A DNA stretch of 62,584 nt, filler included, from Chiloscyllium plagiosum (GCF_004010195.1; 3 parts of one record of this genome joined end to end with filler, not necessarily neighbours in it), one strand, 5' to 3'; counted from the whole stretch's first letter, positions 1-12,930 are shown. Made by a program: numbers and translations. The notes: generated from the sequence alone by a model not told the origin.

Positions 1-139
1 GTCAGTGCGCCAGACTACCACTGCGCCCCCTTTATCCGCTGGCTTGATGGTGAGGTCGGGATTGGAGCAGAGGGATTGGAGGGCTGCGCGTTGTGAGGGT
101 GAGAGGTTGGAGTAGGGGAGGGGGGTCGACAGATTGAGG
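1..139 (-). mobile_element. Penelope-like element RT N-terminal fragment (runs off the window)
   Basis: Reverse complement encodes LTIKPADKGGAVVVWRTD, a PLE RT motif, and is homologous to 62335-62462 on the + strand. Confidence 0.85.
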
Positions 140-1085
140 GTCAAGTTTGACAATTGGCGTATTATGTGGGTAAATGTCAACTTGGCCACTTTGACATGAA
201 GTCTAGAAATGTTGTTTTTAAATGGAGAGAGCTTACAAGACTCAGTGGTACAGATAGATCTAAGGGTCCTGGTACATTACTCATATAAGATCAGTGTGCA
301 GTTATAGCAAATGATTAGAAAGACACACTGCATGTTAGTTACTGCAAGAACGATGGAATCTAAAAGTAGGGATATTTTACCGCAGCTGTGTAGGGCATTG
401 TTTAGATCTGAACATCTGAAGCACTGTGTGCAATTTTGATCTCCTATTTCAAATTGGATATAATTGCTTTTCAAGCAGTTCAGACAATACTGAATCAACT
501 CATTGCTAGCATGAAGGGCTTATGAAGAAAGGCTCAACCTGCCAAAGGATGTGGTGGAGGCTGGTACAATTGCAACATTTAAAAGGCATCTGGATGGGTA
601 TATGAATAGGAAGGGTTTGGAGGGATATGGGCCAGGTGCTGGCAGGTGGGACTAGATTGGGTTGGGATAGCTGGTCGGCATGAACAAGTTGGACCGAAGG
701 GTCTGTTTCCATGCTGTACATCTCTATGGCTCTACGACTGTAAGTTGGGATTTAAAAGAATGTGAGGGGATCTTATTGAAACATTGAAGATCCTGAGTGG
801 ACCAGGTAGGAGAATACCAGGTGATATTACCTTTTGTGGGAGAGAATAAAATTGTGGTTTAAGAAAACAGCATATCATAAGACATAAGGACAGAGAAGAA
901 AAGACTTATTTCTCTCTCAGAGGGTTACTGAGTATGGAATTCTGTTCCTCAGAAGGTATGGGAGGCTGGGTCTTTGAATTTATTCAAGGCTGAACTTGAT
1001 AGATCTTCGAAAGATAAAGCAGTTAAGGGAGATGAAGTGCAGGCAGGGAAATGGAGTGAGAACTATAACCAGATCAGTCTTTGCA
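140..1085 (+). mobile_element. Old CR1 LINE 3' fragment with a nested younger CR1 3' end at ~539-741
   Basis: Degenerate CR1 ORF2 C-terminal motifs (DLRVLVH, YEERLN); the insert matches the CR1 3' end at 49364-49566. Confidence 0.8.
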
Positions 1086-1289
1086 GGATTGCTTAGCTCT
1101 GTCCATTGCACACTGCCTACGCTAATTAGCGTGCAGGAGGGTCCTGCACTGTTCAAAGAACCATCTGACTCACAGCAGTGTGATTGACTCTTAACTGTCC
1201 TTGAAATGGGCCTAGCAAGCCACACAGTTCAAGGATAATTAGGGGTGCGAAATAACATAATATTGATACTTGCCCATGTCAGTACTAAC

Positions 1290-2090
1290 TCATTATCTCC
1301 TATTGTTCTTTCATGTCTGAACACAGGAGTTGGAATGGAAGGTGGCCAAGAAATCTTCTGAGCAAACCTGTCACATACTCTACACCAGTATAGCCAAAAA
1401 CACCCTAGTGAAAACTCGAAGGGAGGCACACGTTGCAGGGTTATGTGTTGGAGACAGAGGCAGCAGTGGAAAGTTCACTTTGGAGATGGCAAATAACTGC
1501 AACTCAAGTTGCTGAGTCTTGGGATCATCCACAAAGAGGACAATTCTGCAAGAGCAACAGAAAATGTGTGAAGCTCTGTCCATACTTTCAGGGGTACTGC
1601 AAACCTCTGGATAAGATTGAAGGAGACCATCCAAAATAATGTCAAAATTTGGAGTACGGGACTTGTTTTGGAATGTTTTGACGTTGTGATCCACCCAATG
1701 CAGTTGATTGACAGTAAACAGTTCTTTGATGCTGGGGATTTTGGACTGAGAGAGAACATTGATTTTGGAGTGCGGAACTTGCCAATGGATTTGCAGGATT
1801 TTATGGAGACATCACTGCTGATATTTGTGCAGGGATTTGAGACATCTGCTCACATTGTCCATGGACAATGCATGGAGAAAGGCAGCCAACACTTCTGCCT
1901 TGTAGACCATGAGTTTGGTGTTAGGGTTTGTCATCAAACTCTCTGGACCAGAAAGAAACAGCACAACAGAGAGTTCCAAGGCCAGACGGGCAAAAAGTGA
2001 AGAATTGTGATCCCTTGTGAAATGTCACTCTGATGACTCACAATGTCATTAACTCCTGGGTGAGAATTGCTGAGAAACTTGTGAGATTGT
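1290..2090 (-). mobile_element. Degenerate RTE-clade LINE 3' fragment
   Basis: Minus-strand translation gives RVx.DK..TKLMVYKA, CLHKILQIHWQ, VLSQSKIPSI, NQLHWVDH, the RTE post-RT pattern. Confidence 0.7.
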
Positions 2091-2726
2091 GACTGCATTT
2101 GTTATTTGATGTGTACAGTGGATTGTTCAATCACTGTGTGAGAGCAGGCCTATGCTTTAGGAGGAATGGGAGTAAAAGCTGCAGAGTTAGGAGCAGTGAG
2201 GATAGCATTGAAGCTGGCCAGTTAGAGCACGAAGAGGGAGCATAGTCAGGAATGGCAAGAAGAGAGGTGGAGTTAGCCAGTTAAAGGTGAGCATTTATAG
2301 GCATCCTGGCTCCAGCCACCTCCTCCTCTTTCTCCTTCTCTTGCACCTCAAAACTATCCTCATTTTCGTCCTTCTCCTCTCTGGAATTTAAAGTAGTGCA
2401 GGCACAGCAGAATACTATCATTCTCGAGACCTTGCTGCTCCAAACTAATGGATGCCGCTAAATCCAATGGCCTGCTTGATGAGCATGCTAGTGTTTGTAA
2501 TTCTGATTGTACCTTTCCTCTACAGCAGTGGAAGAGCTTCTGACTGTGGACAGTGCAGCAACAATTTGCTCTGTCTAATATAAAACAAAGAATCACAGAT
2601 GCTGGATATCTGAAACAAAAGCAGAAATTGCTGGCAAAAATCAGCAAGTCTGGCAGCATCCCTGGGAAGAAAAGAGGGTTAATGTTTTGAGTGAGTCACT
2701 GGTCTCGAAACTCTGCTTTCAAAGTA

Positions 2727-3050
2727 TCTCTACAGTGTGGAGACAGGCCATTCGGCCCAACAGGTCCACACTGACCCTCCAAAAAGTGGCCCTCCCAGAC
2801 CCATTCCATTACCCTATTCCTCCACATTTCCTCTGACTAATGTACCCAACCTACACAACCCTGAGGAGAAAGTGAGGTCTGCAGATGCTGGAGATCAGAG
2901 CTGAAAATGTGTTGCTGGAAAAGCGCAGCAGGTCAGGCAGCATCCAGGGAACAGGAGAATCGACGTTTCGGGCATAAGCCCTTCTACACAACCCTGAACA
3001 CTATAGGCAATATAGCGTGGCCAATTCACCCAACCTGCACATCTTTGGAC
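2727..3050 (-). mobile_element. HE1/V-SINE, 5'-truncated, interrupted by a PLE mini-element
   Basis: CR1-type tail plus TGGCCAATTCACC..CCTGCACATCTTTGGAC core. Confidence 0.8.
2865..2983 (-). mobile_element. PLE mini-element (family 1) with truncated hammerhead core
   Basis: 14-bp TSD ctacacaaccctga at 2851-2864 and 2984-2997; same terminal sequence as 27353-27480. Confidence 0.85.
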
Positions 3051-3534
3051 TTTGCTTTCTCTCCACAGGTGGTGCCAGACCTGCTGAGTTTCGCCGGCAA
3101 TTTCCAAACCTTTTCAATCTGCGTAATGATGAGAAATCCTGTTGGAAATGTAACTGTCACAGGGTTTCCAGGATTGGTGACATGGATATACTGAAAGCAA
3201 GTACAGGAAGAAAAGAGTATTTTTTAAAAGGCATGAAAGTTTCATTCTTCAAAATCCAAATGACTTGAGTGTAACTTCCACAATAGATGTAAATAAATAG
3301 AAAACAGAATGGAAAATGCTGGAAAACCAATGCAAGCTGGAGGAAAAGCATCTAATTTTCCACTCAGGCGCATCCCATCCTTCAGGACTAAACACTGAGT
3401 TCAACAATATCAGGCCATGAACACGTCCCTCTATTTTGATTACACCTACTCCCCTAAATGACACCCCCTTCACTTTGGCCCACAATGTGTCTCACTTGTA
3501 AGGGTTGTCCTTTGATTGCTACATTGAGTAATTT

Positions 3535-3745
3535 AGACCAATATACTCCGGAGTTTAGAATGTTAAGAGATTGAAACATGCAAAATTCTGCTGCTTCAGA
3601 TACCGAGAAGCTTATTTCCCTTGTCCAAGGAATCTAGTACTCAGATGTACAGTCTCAGGAGAAGGGATTGATCACTAAAGACTGAGTCGAGGAGACATTT
3701 ATTCACACAGAGGGTTTTGAATCTTTGAAACTGTTTGATTGCAGC
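3535..3745 (+). mobile_element. Old CR1 3' fragment
   Basis: GAGTTTAGAA..GATTGAAACA..TTCACACAGAGGGTT pattern of CR1 ORF2 end. Confidence 0.65.
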
Positions 3746-4174
3746 CTGAGTTGTAGACTGGTGAACCCCTGGATGGAGCTGAAGATGAAGAAGTTGAAGG
3801 TTGTGGTGACCCTGATGGCCACCAGCAATGCGTGCCCACCTGGATGATTGGGTGGGAGACCTAGTTGCAGTAGGCTACAGATATCTGTAATCAGATGCCA
3901 TAAGGACCTGGGCAGTCAAGGGTACTGCTGCTCCATTATGTTGGGAAAGCTGATTTTCGGCCTGTTCTGAGAGGTTTGTCTCTTCCACACAGGTGCTGCA
4001 GGGAAAGCTGACTGTCGAGGATATTGTACATCAAGGTGAGCAAAATCCAAAAGAAGTCAAACTATTCCCAAGTGACTGGGAATCACCTGTAAAGCAGTAA
4101 TAGGGCACTCTCTGTACAGGCCCTGTGAGAGCACCAGCCTTTCACATAACTAGGTCAGCAGCTTCACTGCTCAA

Positions 4175-4491
4175 AGATTTTAGATTAGATTACATTACAG
4201 TGTGGAAACAGGCCCTTCGGCCCAACAAGTCCACACCGACCCGCCGAAGCGCAACCCACCCATACCCCTACATTTACCCCTTACCTAACAATACGGGCAA
4301 TTTAGCATGGCCAATTCACCTGACCTGCACATCTTTGGACTGTGGGAGGAAACCGGAGCACCCGGAGGAAACCCACGCAGACACGGGGAGAACGTGCAAA
4401 CTCCACACAGTCAGTCGCCTGAGGCAGGAATTGAACCCGGGTTTCTGGCACTGTGAGGCAGCAGTGCTAACCACTGTGCCACCGTGCCGCC
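4175..4491 (-). mobile_element. Full-length HE1/V-SINE
   Basis: tRNA head (A box GTGGCACAGTGG, B box GGGTTCAATTCC on the - strand), V-domain, CR1-like tail and (TCTAA)n end. Confidence 0.9.
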
Positions 4492-5210
4492 ACCTAGCCT
4501 ATCCATTTCACAGAGCAATAGACTGCTACTGTGTTGGCCTTGGTGAGCTCCACGCAGCTCGGAATATCCATTCCATTCACTGCTGAAGCCCGAATGCTGG
4601 ATTCCATGCAGAATGAATTACCTGCTTTCATATTTAAATTGGAAACTTGACAGTAACACGAGGGTTCCTCAGGACTCCTCCAAATATGCCCTGCTTAAAG
4701 TGAGAGGTGAGTGGGTTTGTGCCAGGTTTCTGACATGCCAGCTTTTTTAGAGTTTTAACAGAGGGCCCTCCACATGCCAGCAGCTGAACTTGGCATTTAT
4801 TGTTCCGCTCAGTGAGGTTCATAGACTACCAGAATGTTAAAACCTATCATCAATTTGGGGCTGATTTACATTATAACACCCTGCAGCCACCATTCCCCCT
4901 ACCCACAAGGATCTGATGGATAATTGTAGGCTGTTGTAAATTTGTGAAGTCTGTAAATTACTTTGTCTGCTCAGGCTTTACTCTTGTGATTGTTGAACGG
5001 CAGGCCAACACAGTTTGGAACAGAAAGAGGCTTAAATTGACAAGGAGACAATTGCTAATGCAGCAATGAAACTGATGCAGGGACTAATTAAGTAAGTCTT
5101 CCTATGAGTACTAGAACTCTCTCCCTTAAACCTGAGAGCAACAAATCCTCCAAAAAGTATCTCTGTCCTTTTGTTGTGAAGTTTGTTGAACAGCACCTGT
5201 TCATGCCTCT

Positions 5211-5526
5211 TAGAATCACAGAATAGAAACATAGATTCATAGAATTCCTACAGTGCAGGAACAGGCTATTCGGCCCATCAAGTCCGCACTGACCGTCCAA
5301 CAGCACCCCACCCATGCCCACCCCCCCTTGCCCTATCTCCGTAACCCTGCATAACCTATGGCTAATTCGCCTAACCTACACATTCCTGGACACTATGAAC
5401 AATTTAGCATGGCCAATTCCCCTAACCTGCACATCATTAGACTGTGGGTGGAAACTGGAGCACCTGAAAGAAACCCACACAGACACGGGGAGAATGTGCA
5501 AACTCCACACAGACAGGCACCCGAGA
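5211..5526 (-). mobile_element. HE1/V-SINE, 5'-truncated
   Basis: V-domain and tail homologous to 4175-4491. Confidence 0.8.
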
Positions 5527-6829
5527 TTGTTGGTCTCTGATTTAATTCTAAAGAATGGCATAAATACCCTGCAAACTCTTCAGATCAAACGCAATGTATT
5601 TATTGAATTTTTTGTGTACAATGAGACTAATGGGTTTTATCAGTAATGCTACCTGATTTTGCAACTGGTTTTTGGGTAGATCAGTTACTTTGTCTTTATT
5701 TAGGTTATATTGAAAGTCGGCTTTCTGGCTGGAGAACCTTTCAGGCAACCTGATAAAATCCTGAATTGCTTGGAGCAACCTTGTCTCTGTGCATTACAAG
5801 CGCCTTTACATCTTGTTGTCTGCTGTGTTACATGAATTGATGGATTGTCATTCATTGATGGCGCTTTCTGTTGTTTTATTTACAGGAATGCTTGATGTAC
5901 AGCTGTCCGCACAATTCACGATGGAAACAGACATTGCTGCTGGACAATGTTTGTAACTCTCTGTGAATGACGGCTAGTAGTTAAAATAGCCAGAGCTTAC
6001 AATAGATTCGCCTCAGGACTGAGGGGAGGAGTGTTAATATGCTGTTCGTTAAAACTTCCCTTTATGTCTCAGTTCCAAATTGACTAAAGTAGTGATATTC
6101 CAAAAGCTGTTCAGTCCAACATTAACACACACATTGACTGCCTGCCTTTTTAACAAGTGGATTCTTCTCTGTCTCCACAATTAGAACCGATTGTTTGAAA
6201 GTGAATTTTGTAACTGCATCGACTTATTTGACTTAAAAAATACAAGTTATTTTCAAATCCTTTTTGTGGATGGCTCAATATAAACATGATATAGATAATC
6301 AGTCGGAAAATATTACACCGTGAACTAGGAGCTCAAGGAGAATCTCTGGCTTCCCCATTTACTACATCCATGACAAGGGCTTAAATAATTTTAATGACTT
6401 CCAGGGTCATCTGCAGAAGAATAATAAAATGTACTGAAATCAAAAAGAGAAAAGGTCATTAAAAATACGCAAAGGCAATATAACATGCATACATAGCTTA
6501 AAGAGACGACTACACACTATAAATTAAAGATGTGAAATCCCTGCAATTGTGCAGTGCTCAGATTTCAGTCAACTAAGTAGACCATCCCAAATGTTTCTCG
6601 TCACATAAAGCAATTTTTGCTTTAGTTCTTATAAGAACATCCAGATCCTGGAATATTTACATTTCTGGTGTATATTAGAATCACTTGGAGCTAAATTTAC
6701 CAACACCCTTCCAGAATCCTTGTGGGAAAATGTATTTAAAACCTGCTTAGCTGTGACATTCAATAGTAATCTTATCTTTTTGGATAGTGTTATCCAATTG
6801 GACCAGGTCATAATGTTCAAGAATGAGCC

Positions 6830-7450
6830 ATAAGACTATAAGACTGTAAGACGTATGAGCAGTATTAGGCAATCTGCTTCTAAATTACGAGTTAACTCAT
6901 GCTCATATTGCATCCTCTCCCCTCTTACTGAAGTTTTAGTTATCATCTACTGTTTTTTAAAGGATTCCCAATCCTCTGACTTCCTACTAATCTTCACCAC
7001 ATTGTATGTTTTTTTTTCATTTTTATGCTGTCCCAGACTTCCCTTGTCAGCGATGGTTGCCTCATCCTCCGCTTACTATGTTCCTTCTTCCTCAGAATGA
7101 ATTTCTGCTGTGCCTCCCAAATTATCCTAGAAACCCCTGCCATTGCTGCTCCACCATCTTGCCTGCCAGGCTCCCGTTTTAATCACCTATGGACCAGCAC
7201 ATTCCTCACGTCTTTATAGTTATTTTACTCAACTGTAATGCTGCTACATCCAATTCTAGCTTCTCCCTCTCAAACTGCAGGGTGAATATTATTATATGGT
7301 GGTCACTGCTCCAGAGGGCTTTCTGCACCTTGTGCTCTCGAATCAAGTCCGCCTCATTACACATCACAAAATCTGGAATTGCCTGTTCCCTAGTGTGCTG
7401 CTCCAAGCAATTATCTTATAGATATTTCATTAATTCTTTTTTTTGAGATC
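6830..7450 (-). mobile_element. Old CR1 LINE fragment (endonuclease C-terminus and linker)
   Basis: ORF 7206-7406: TREQAIPDFVMCNE..SSDHHIIIF, APE endonuclease motifs. Confidence 0.75.
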
Positions 7451-7556
7451 CACCAGGTTTCCTACAAAGCTGGTGAAGACCAAAGGATAGGAGTTGGAGG
7501 GCCTCCTATCATCCAGAAACCTGGAAATAATGATAGCAAGTGGAAGTATTCCACTA

Positions 7557-8606
7557 GCGGCACACTGGCTCAGTGGTTAGCATTGCTGCCTCACTGCACC
7601 AGGGACCCTGGTTTGATTCCACTGACTGTTTTGAGTCTGCACATTTTCTCTGCGTCTGTGTGGGATTCCTTTGGGTGTTCTAGTCCAAAGATGTGCAGGT
7701 TAGGTGGATTGGCCATCCTCAATTGTCCAGATTCTCCAGGGATGTGTAGGTTAGCTGGTTAACCATTTTGTAAGAGTAATAAAAAGATGGGGTACTGGGC
7801 TAACGGTCGGATACTTGGTAGTGTGGATGAGCAGAGGGATCTTGGTGTCCATGTACACAAATCTTTGAAAGTTGCCACCCAGGTAAATAGTGCGGTGAAG
7901 AAGGCATATGGCGTACTGGCTTTTATTGGTAGAGGAATTGAGTTCCGGAGTACTGAGGTCATGTTGCAGTTGTATAAGACTCTGGTGCGGCCACATCTGG
8001 AGTATTGTGTGCAGTTTTGGTCGCCATACTATAGGAAGGATGTGGAGGCACTGGAACGGGTGCAGAGGAGGTTTACCAGGATGTTGCCTGGTATGGTAGA
8101 AAGATCGTATGAGGAAAGGCTGAGGCACTTGGGGTTGTTTTCATTGGAGAAAAGAAGGTGTAGGGGTTACTTGATAGAGGTGTACAAGATGATTAGGGGT
8201 TTAGATAGGGTCGACAGTGAGAATCTTTTTCCAAGGGGGCATAGCTTTAAATTAAGGGTTGGTAGGTATAGGACAGATGTTAGGGGTAGATTCTTTACTC
8301 AGCGAGTCGTGAGTTCATGGAATGCCCTGCCAGTAGCAGTGGTGGACTCTCCCTCATTATGGGCATTTAAGTGGGCATTGGATAGGCATATGGAGGATAG
8401 TGGGCTAGTGTAGGTTAGGTGGGCTTGGATCGGCGCAACATCGAGGGCCGAAGGGCCTGTACTGCGCTGTATTCTTCTATGTTCTATGAATGCAGGGCTA
8501 CAGTAATAAGGTAGGGTGTGGGTCTGGGTGGGACCTCTTCGGAGGGTTGGTGTGGACCTGTTGGGCCGAATGGCCTGCTTCCACACTGTAGGGATCCTAT
8601 GATTCT
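7557..8606 (+). mobile_element. HE1 SINE (7557-7765 and 8488-8606) split by a CR1 insertion
   Basis: Head TGGCTCAGTGGTTAGC and V-domain before the insert; SINE tail resumes after the CR1 end. Confidence 0.75.
7766..8487 (+). mobile_element. Young 5'-truncated CR1 LINE (HER1-like), ORF2 C-terminus
   Basis: ORF 7787-8413: RDLGVHVH..LYKTLVRPHLEYCVQFWSP..LERVQRRFTRM..WNALP; (TTCTATG)n tail. Confidence 0.92.
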
Positions 8607-8839
8607 CTTCCTTAGCCCAATGTCGACAGAAATTGATGAAACAATGCTGTTCAAAGAATTTTCAAATTCCCAAAAAGGGGAGAGATTGAAGCTTCATTTC
8701 CTTGTTGTACACTTTTAACTTATACAACTTTGGAACCCCAAGCCCACTTGGTTGCATTGGTGACACTAGGTGCAGTGGACAAGTAGTTGAATGACTCTTT
8801 GGATTCTCAGATACTTATAACTCCACTAGTTCATTTCTT

Positions 8840-9310
8840 TGGAAGAATAAGAGGCCACTTGGTCAAAATATATAAGACCCTGAGGAGTCTTCACAGTGTA
8901 GATGTGCAGATGATGTTACCTGTTTGGAGAGAACCTAGAACTGGAGGTTACTGTTTAAAAATAAGGGATCACCCATTTAAAACAGAGATGAAGCAATTTT
9001 TTTTCATGGAGGGTAATAGCCATTTGAACTCTCATCTTGAAAATGCAGCAGAAGCAGACCATTCGTTGCCTTGAGCCAGCTCTAGTGTTATATTAGGATC
9101 ATGGCTGCTCTGATTACGACCAAAAATCCACATTCCCAACTGCCCCCAAAAACATTTCACCCCTTTCCTAACGAAGAATCTATCCTTATCTGCCTTAGAT
9201 AGATATATTCAAAGATATATTCAAAGATGTGGATTTTTGGTCGTAATCAGAGCAGCCATGATCCTAATATAACACTAGAGCTGGCTCAAGGCAACGAATG
9301 GTCTGCATCT
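8840..9310 (+). mobile_element. Old CR1 3' fragment with internal inversion-duplication
   Basis: RIRGHLVKIYKTL..RTGGYCLKI..FKTEMK motif; see the finding at 9054-9306. Confidence 0.75.
9054..9306. repeat. Perfect 80-bp inverted repeat (9054-9133 / 9227-9306)
   Basis: Arms are exact reverse complements separated by a 93-bp spacer. Confidence 0.95.
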
Positions 9311-9589
9311 TTTTCATTGTCTTTACTCAACTTTCCAGTAACATGGAAAGTAGGAGGAGCACATTAGGACAGATGGTAAGAGCCTGTCTACAAGTTTGTC
9401 TTTTTCAAGGGCGGCAACTCTACCTCGTGGGGATTCCTAGTATGTGTAAGGAAGGTTAAATTTACAGCAGCCGCTGTTCCAAAGAAAAGTCATTTGATTC
9501 AAAATATTAATTCAGTTCCTCCATCTGCAGATGCTGCCAGACCCGTTGAGCTTCTCCAGCACTTTCTGTTTTTATTAGAGCCTCCGGAC

Positions 9590-9935
9590 TTTATGGTAGA
9601 AAAGAGATTGTGCATGATATAATGTGGAGTTGCGGCATTCATATTCTACAAAGTTACACTGTTTAAAGTAAGAGGCCACCCATTTAAGTCAGAGATGAGG
9701 AAGCATTTTTCTCCCCTCAGGACAGTACATCTTTGCAATTCCCTTCTTCAAAAGTGGATGCAGAATCTTGAAATATTTTTAAGGCAACGGTAGGTAATTT
9801 TTCATCCCCTGGCCATCAAAACTCTACCAGTGTTGTACAGTAATGTAAAGTTGAGGTTAAAATTAGATCAACCACTATCTTAATGCAGAGCGGACTCAAA
9901 GGGCCAAGTGGGCTATTCTTGTTCCTTGTTCGTAA
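9590..9935 (+). mobile_element. Old CR1 3' fragment
   Basis: CCATTTAAGTCAGAGATGAGGAAG.. and tail ACTCAAAGGGCCAAGTGG. Confidence 0.65.
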
Positions 9936-10639
9936 AGGAGAGTTCCATGAAAAAAAAAGCCTGGATTGGGAAAAATGGTCAAGACAAAAAGGACATAGTT
10001 AGAGGCCCACAGCCAAGATTAAAACTGCTGGGAGCAAGAAAATATCAAAATGTGAATATGGTTGGTGAGTCAGTATGTTGTTGTGAACCCAGAACTAAGA
10101 AAGAAAAGTCTCAAATACATTTTAAATTAAAGATGCTGGTGTGGAATTATCTTTGAGTAAAATTATGTCCAACTATGAAAGGCACTGAACAATTTGTTTC
10201 ATAAAAGATAAGCTTTCGCCTTGAAGTCATGTTTGATAGGATGCCTGGCAGAAATCCAATTTACAGACATTATTGTCACAGCATGACTTTGATTGGAACT
10301 AAGGGTTTGCCTTTCAAAGACCTGCCTTTAATTTGGTTAGAGTTATTTGCTATCTTCTGCGACAAAGTGCTCAGGAACAGGAGATATAGGAGCCATTTTC
10401 CAAATTAATTACCAGCACTTCTATCTTTATTACAACAACGTAAAACTATCAAGCCTAGCTATCATTGTTTCTGATTGAACTTGAAAAAGTAAATTGATAT
10501 GAGTTGCTATTCTAGGTACTCGAAGGAAAAATTTACCCGATGTTTATGTGAATAATTAAATTTTCATTAGGAAAAGCTAATGGAAATCAGTCTTGGTGGT
10601 TCCAGATAAAGTTCCTTTTGGGGGAAAATAAAATTGATT

Positions 10640-12930
10640 AACAAAAAGTTGTCAGTTCAGCTATTCTACAATTTAAATTTGGGATAATTTTAAAATGCTA
10701 AAATGTCAGGCATAATAAAATAAAATAAAAGATTGTCAAAAGTGGGAGAGAAAGTCAGTTTTAAATATAAAAACAAATAGTGAGAGTTTTTACAGATTAT
10801 TTTAATAATATAGTTAGCAAAATGAGCATTTATTCGATAGAAAATGAGTCTGGGGAACTAATAAGGAAATATAAGGATATCGTAGATGAATTGAACAGGT
10901 ATTTTGCAACAGTCTCTACCATAAAAGATACAATCAACCCCCAGAAATAACTTAAAATCAGGAAACTGAGGGAGGAATTCAAGAAAATTACAATCCCTCG
11001 CTAAGTGGTGCAGAGCAAATTATTGGAGTTGCAAGCTAAAAAGTCCTTGGGTCCTGATGGACTTCATTAAAAGACATGACAGGGGGCAGAATCTTAAGAT
11101 ATTTTGAGTAAACGTCATTTTCATTGGGTTTCATAGAGCCTTTTTCTCTGCGAGCCCAAACATGCCTCATTACCTGCCATCTTGCCCCTAACGCACCCCC
11201 TTTGTTGACTGCTATTCTAATTCCACCGCTAGCTGTACCTGAAAAAAAAATTCACCACTGCCCAGAGTCTTCCAGTTTTTGACTGGCATCCCTGTTACCA
11301 GTGCCATCTTTAAAAAGCTGTTCTACACCTGAACAGGTACTGTCAGTCTAGAGCTGCCCTGCACAGTTGGTGACATTTGCCCCAGACGTGGAGGATGGGA
11401 TAAAATTGATGGCCTGCTTTATGGGCAAGGACCAGGAGGCACTGGTGGATGGAATGATTCATAGGAGGGTCAGATGTCCTGGTCCCCGAGGACAGGCAGA
11501 AGTGACCAGGGCATCTGACAAGGAGAAAACAGCCCACAGTAGAGCCCAGACAATTGATAAACTGCCCAGCATTTCACTCCCTACCACTTACAAGGTGAGG
11601 ATCCTGACCCTGACTGCCCTGAGCAGCCAACTGGCCTTGGTTAAGTTCCTGTCATGACATCAGACAATGTTCTTGACTTAGTGTAACAGGATCCCCTGAG
11701 TGAAAGCAATCTTTATCTGAGTTGACTGAGGAATGCTGATAGCCACAAAGAGCTTCTTGACTTCGTGTCCACATTGATTGGCGAGGCAGTACAGTAGTAT
11801 TGTGAACCTCACAGCCCTGGCTGGGGTGATATGCTGCAAACAGGCACAGCAAGGCCAGGCTAGGCAGGCAGCATGCACGTATGTGCTAAGTCAGTGAACT
11901 GTACAAAAGCAAGAGAGCAATTCATAGTCCAGTCCATGAATTGGGTGCCTGTCCCTGTGTGCAAACTGTTCTTGAAGCAGCATGGCAATGAGAGATTCCT
12001 GAGGTTCAGCAATCAATGCAGAAGCATTGTATAAGTGGATTAGAGATGTGGTCTGGAGTCACAGTGAGGTTGGCATGTGTATGAATGTTCACGAATATGG
12101 GATGCTTGCGGCCACTATCTATTGAGCCTGCCCTGAGTTGTTGGGTGTCAGGTGTCCAAGGAAGTATGGAGAAACAAGTGATCTCTCCAGGTACCCACTC
12201 TGACTCTCATTTCAGGAATCCTCAGCATCTAGTTTCCTATCTAGGATAGGGAGCTGCAATTAATGATGCAAGATCTGCAGTTAATGAAGGTGATAACAAA
12301 CAATGTCCCCATTAAGAGGCAACTCACTGCTCCCTGGAGAAAATCTCATTTTGACATCCATGCTGTAAAATGTAACTATTTGGCCCTGACAGCGAGAAAG
12401 GCTTTGCTTGACATCTTACACAATTCTCCCAAATTTTTCAACATTATTCAGGGCCCTGTTGGATTTTATCCTGTATTTTAAACTTCCAAAATCCCTCAAT
12501 TTGGGAAAGGTTCCATTAGATTGCAAAAGTATGAATAGAAAACTCCTTCATTCTAAAAGGAAGGGAGAGAGAAAGCAGGAAAGTACACACCAGTTAGCTT
12601 CACAACTGTCATAGGGAAGATGTTGTAAAGTATTTCTGAAGACATTACAGCAGGCCACTTGAATAAGTTCAAGTTAATCAGGCAGTTTACATGGTTTTGT
12701 GAAAGGGAAATTTTCTGATTGGCAATTTGTAATACATGGGTGTGCCATAGGAATCAATGCCAAGGCTTCAACTTTTTAAATTTATACGAATTACTTGGAT
12801 GAAAGGATGGTTGATATGGTTGCTAAATTGTACAAAGATAGTTAAGAACTTCTGAAGAGGATATAAGGGGGCTGCAAAGGGATATAGATGGGTTAAGTGA
12901 ATGAGCAAAATCTGGGAACACAGTACAATT
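10640..12930 (+). mobile_element. Old CR1 ORF2 (10640-11070 and 12480-12930) interrupted by another element
   Basis: ELNRYFA, KSLGPDGLH, HGFVKGK and GVP motifs in collinear order. Confidence 0.7.
11082..12455 (+). mobile_element. Possible Harbinger-type DNA transposon relic (Myb/SANT-like remnant)
   Basis: Inserted in the CR1; begins GGGGGCAGAATCTT; encodes FMGKDQEALVDGMIHRR, resembling the first helix of Myb/SANT-like proteins. Confidence 0.35.

Larger units (their letters stand above)
2580..3115. mobile_element. Old PLE terminal-repeat hairpin (family 3) interrupted by HE1 SINE
   Basis: Inverted GATGCTG..CAGCAGG/CCTGCTGAG terminal motifs at 2580-2690 (-) and 2700-2720 plus 3050-3115 (+); near-TSD actctgctttc/actttgctttc flanks the SINE. 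Confidence 0.55.

Noticed and set aside
4125..4586. Recurring ORFs such as NLAWPIHLTCTSLDCGRKPEH and MCCWKSAAGQAAS
   Set aside because: These are translations of HE1 SINE and PLE terminal repeats, not genes.
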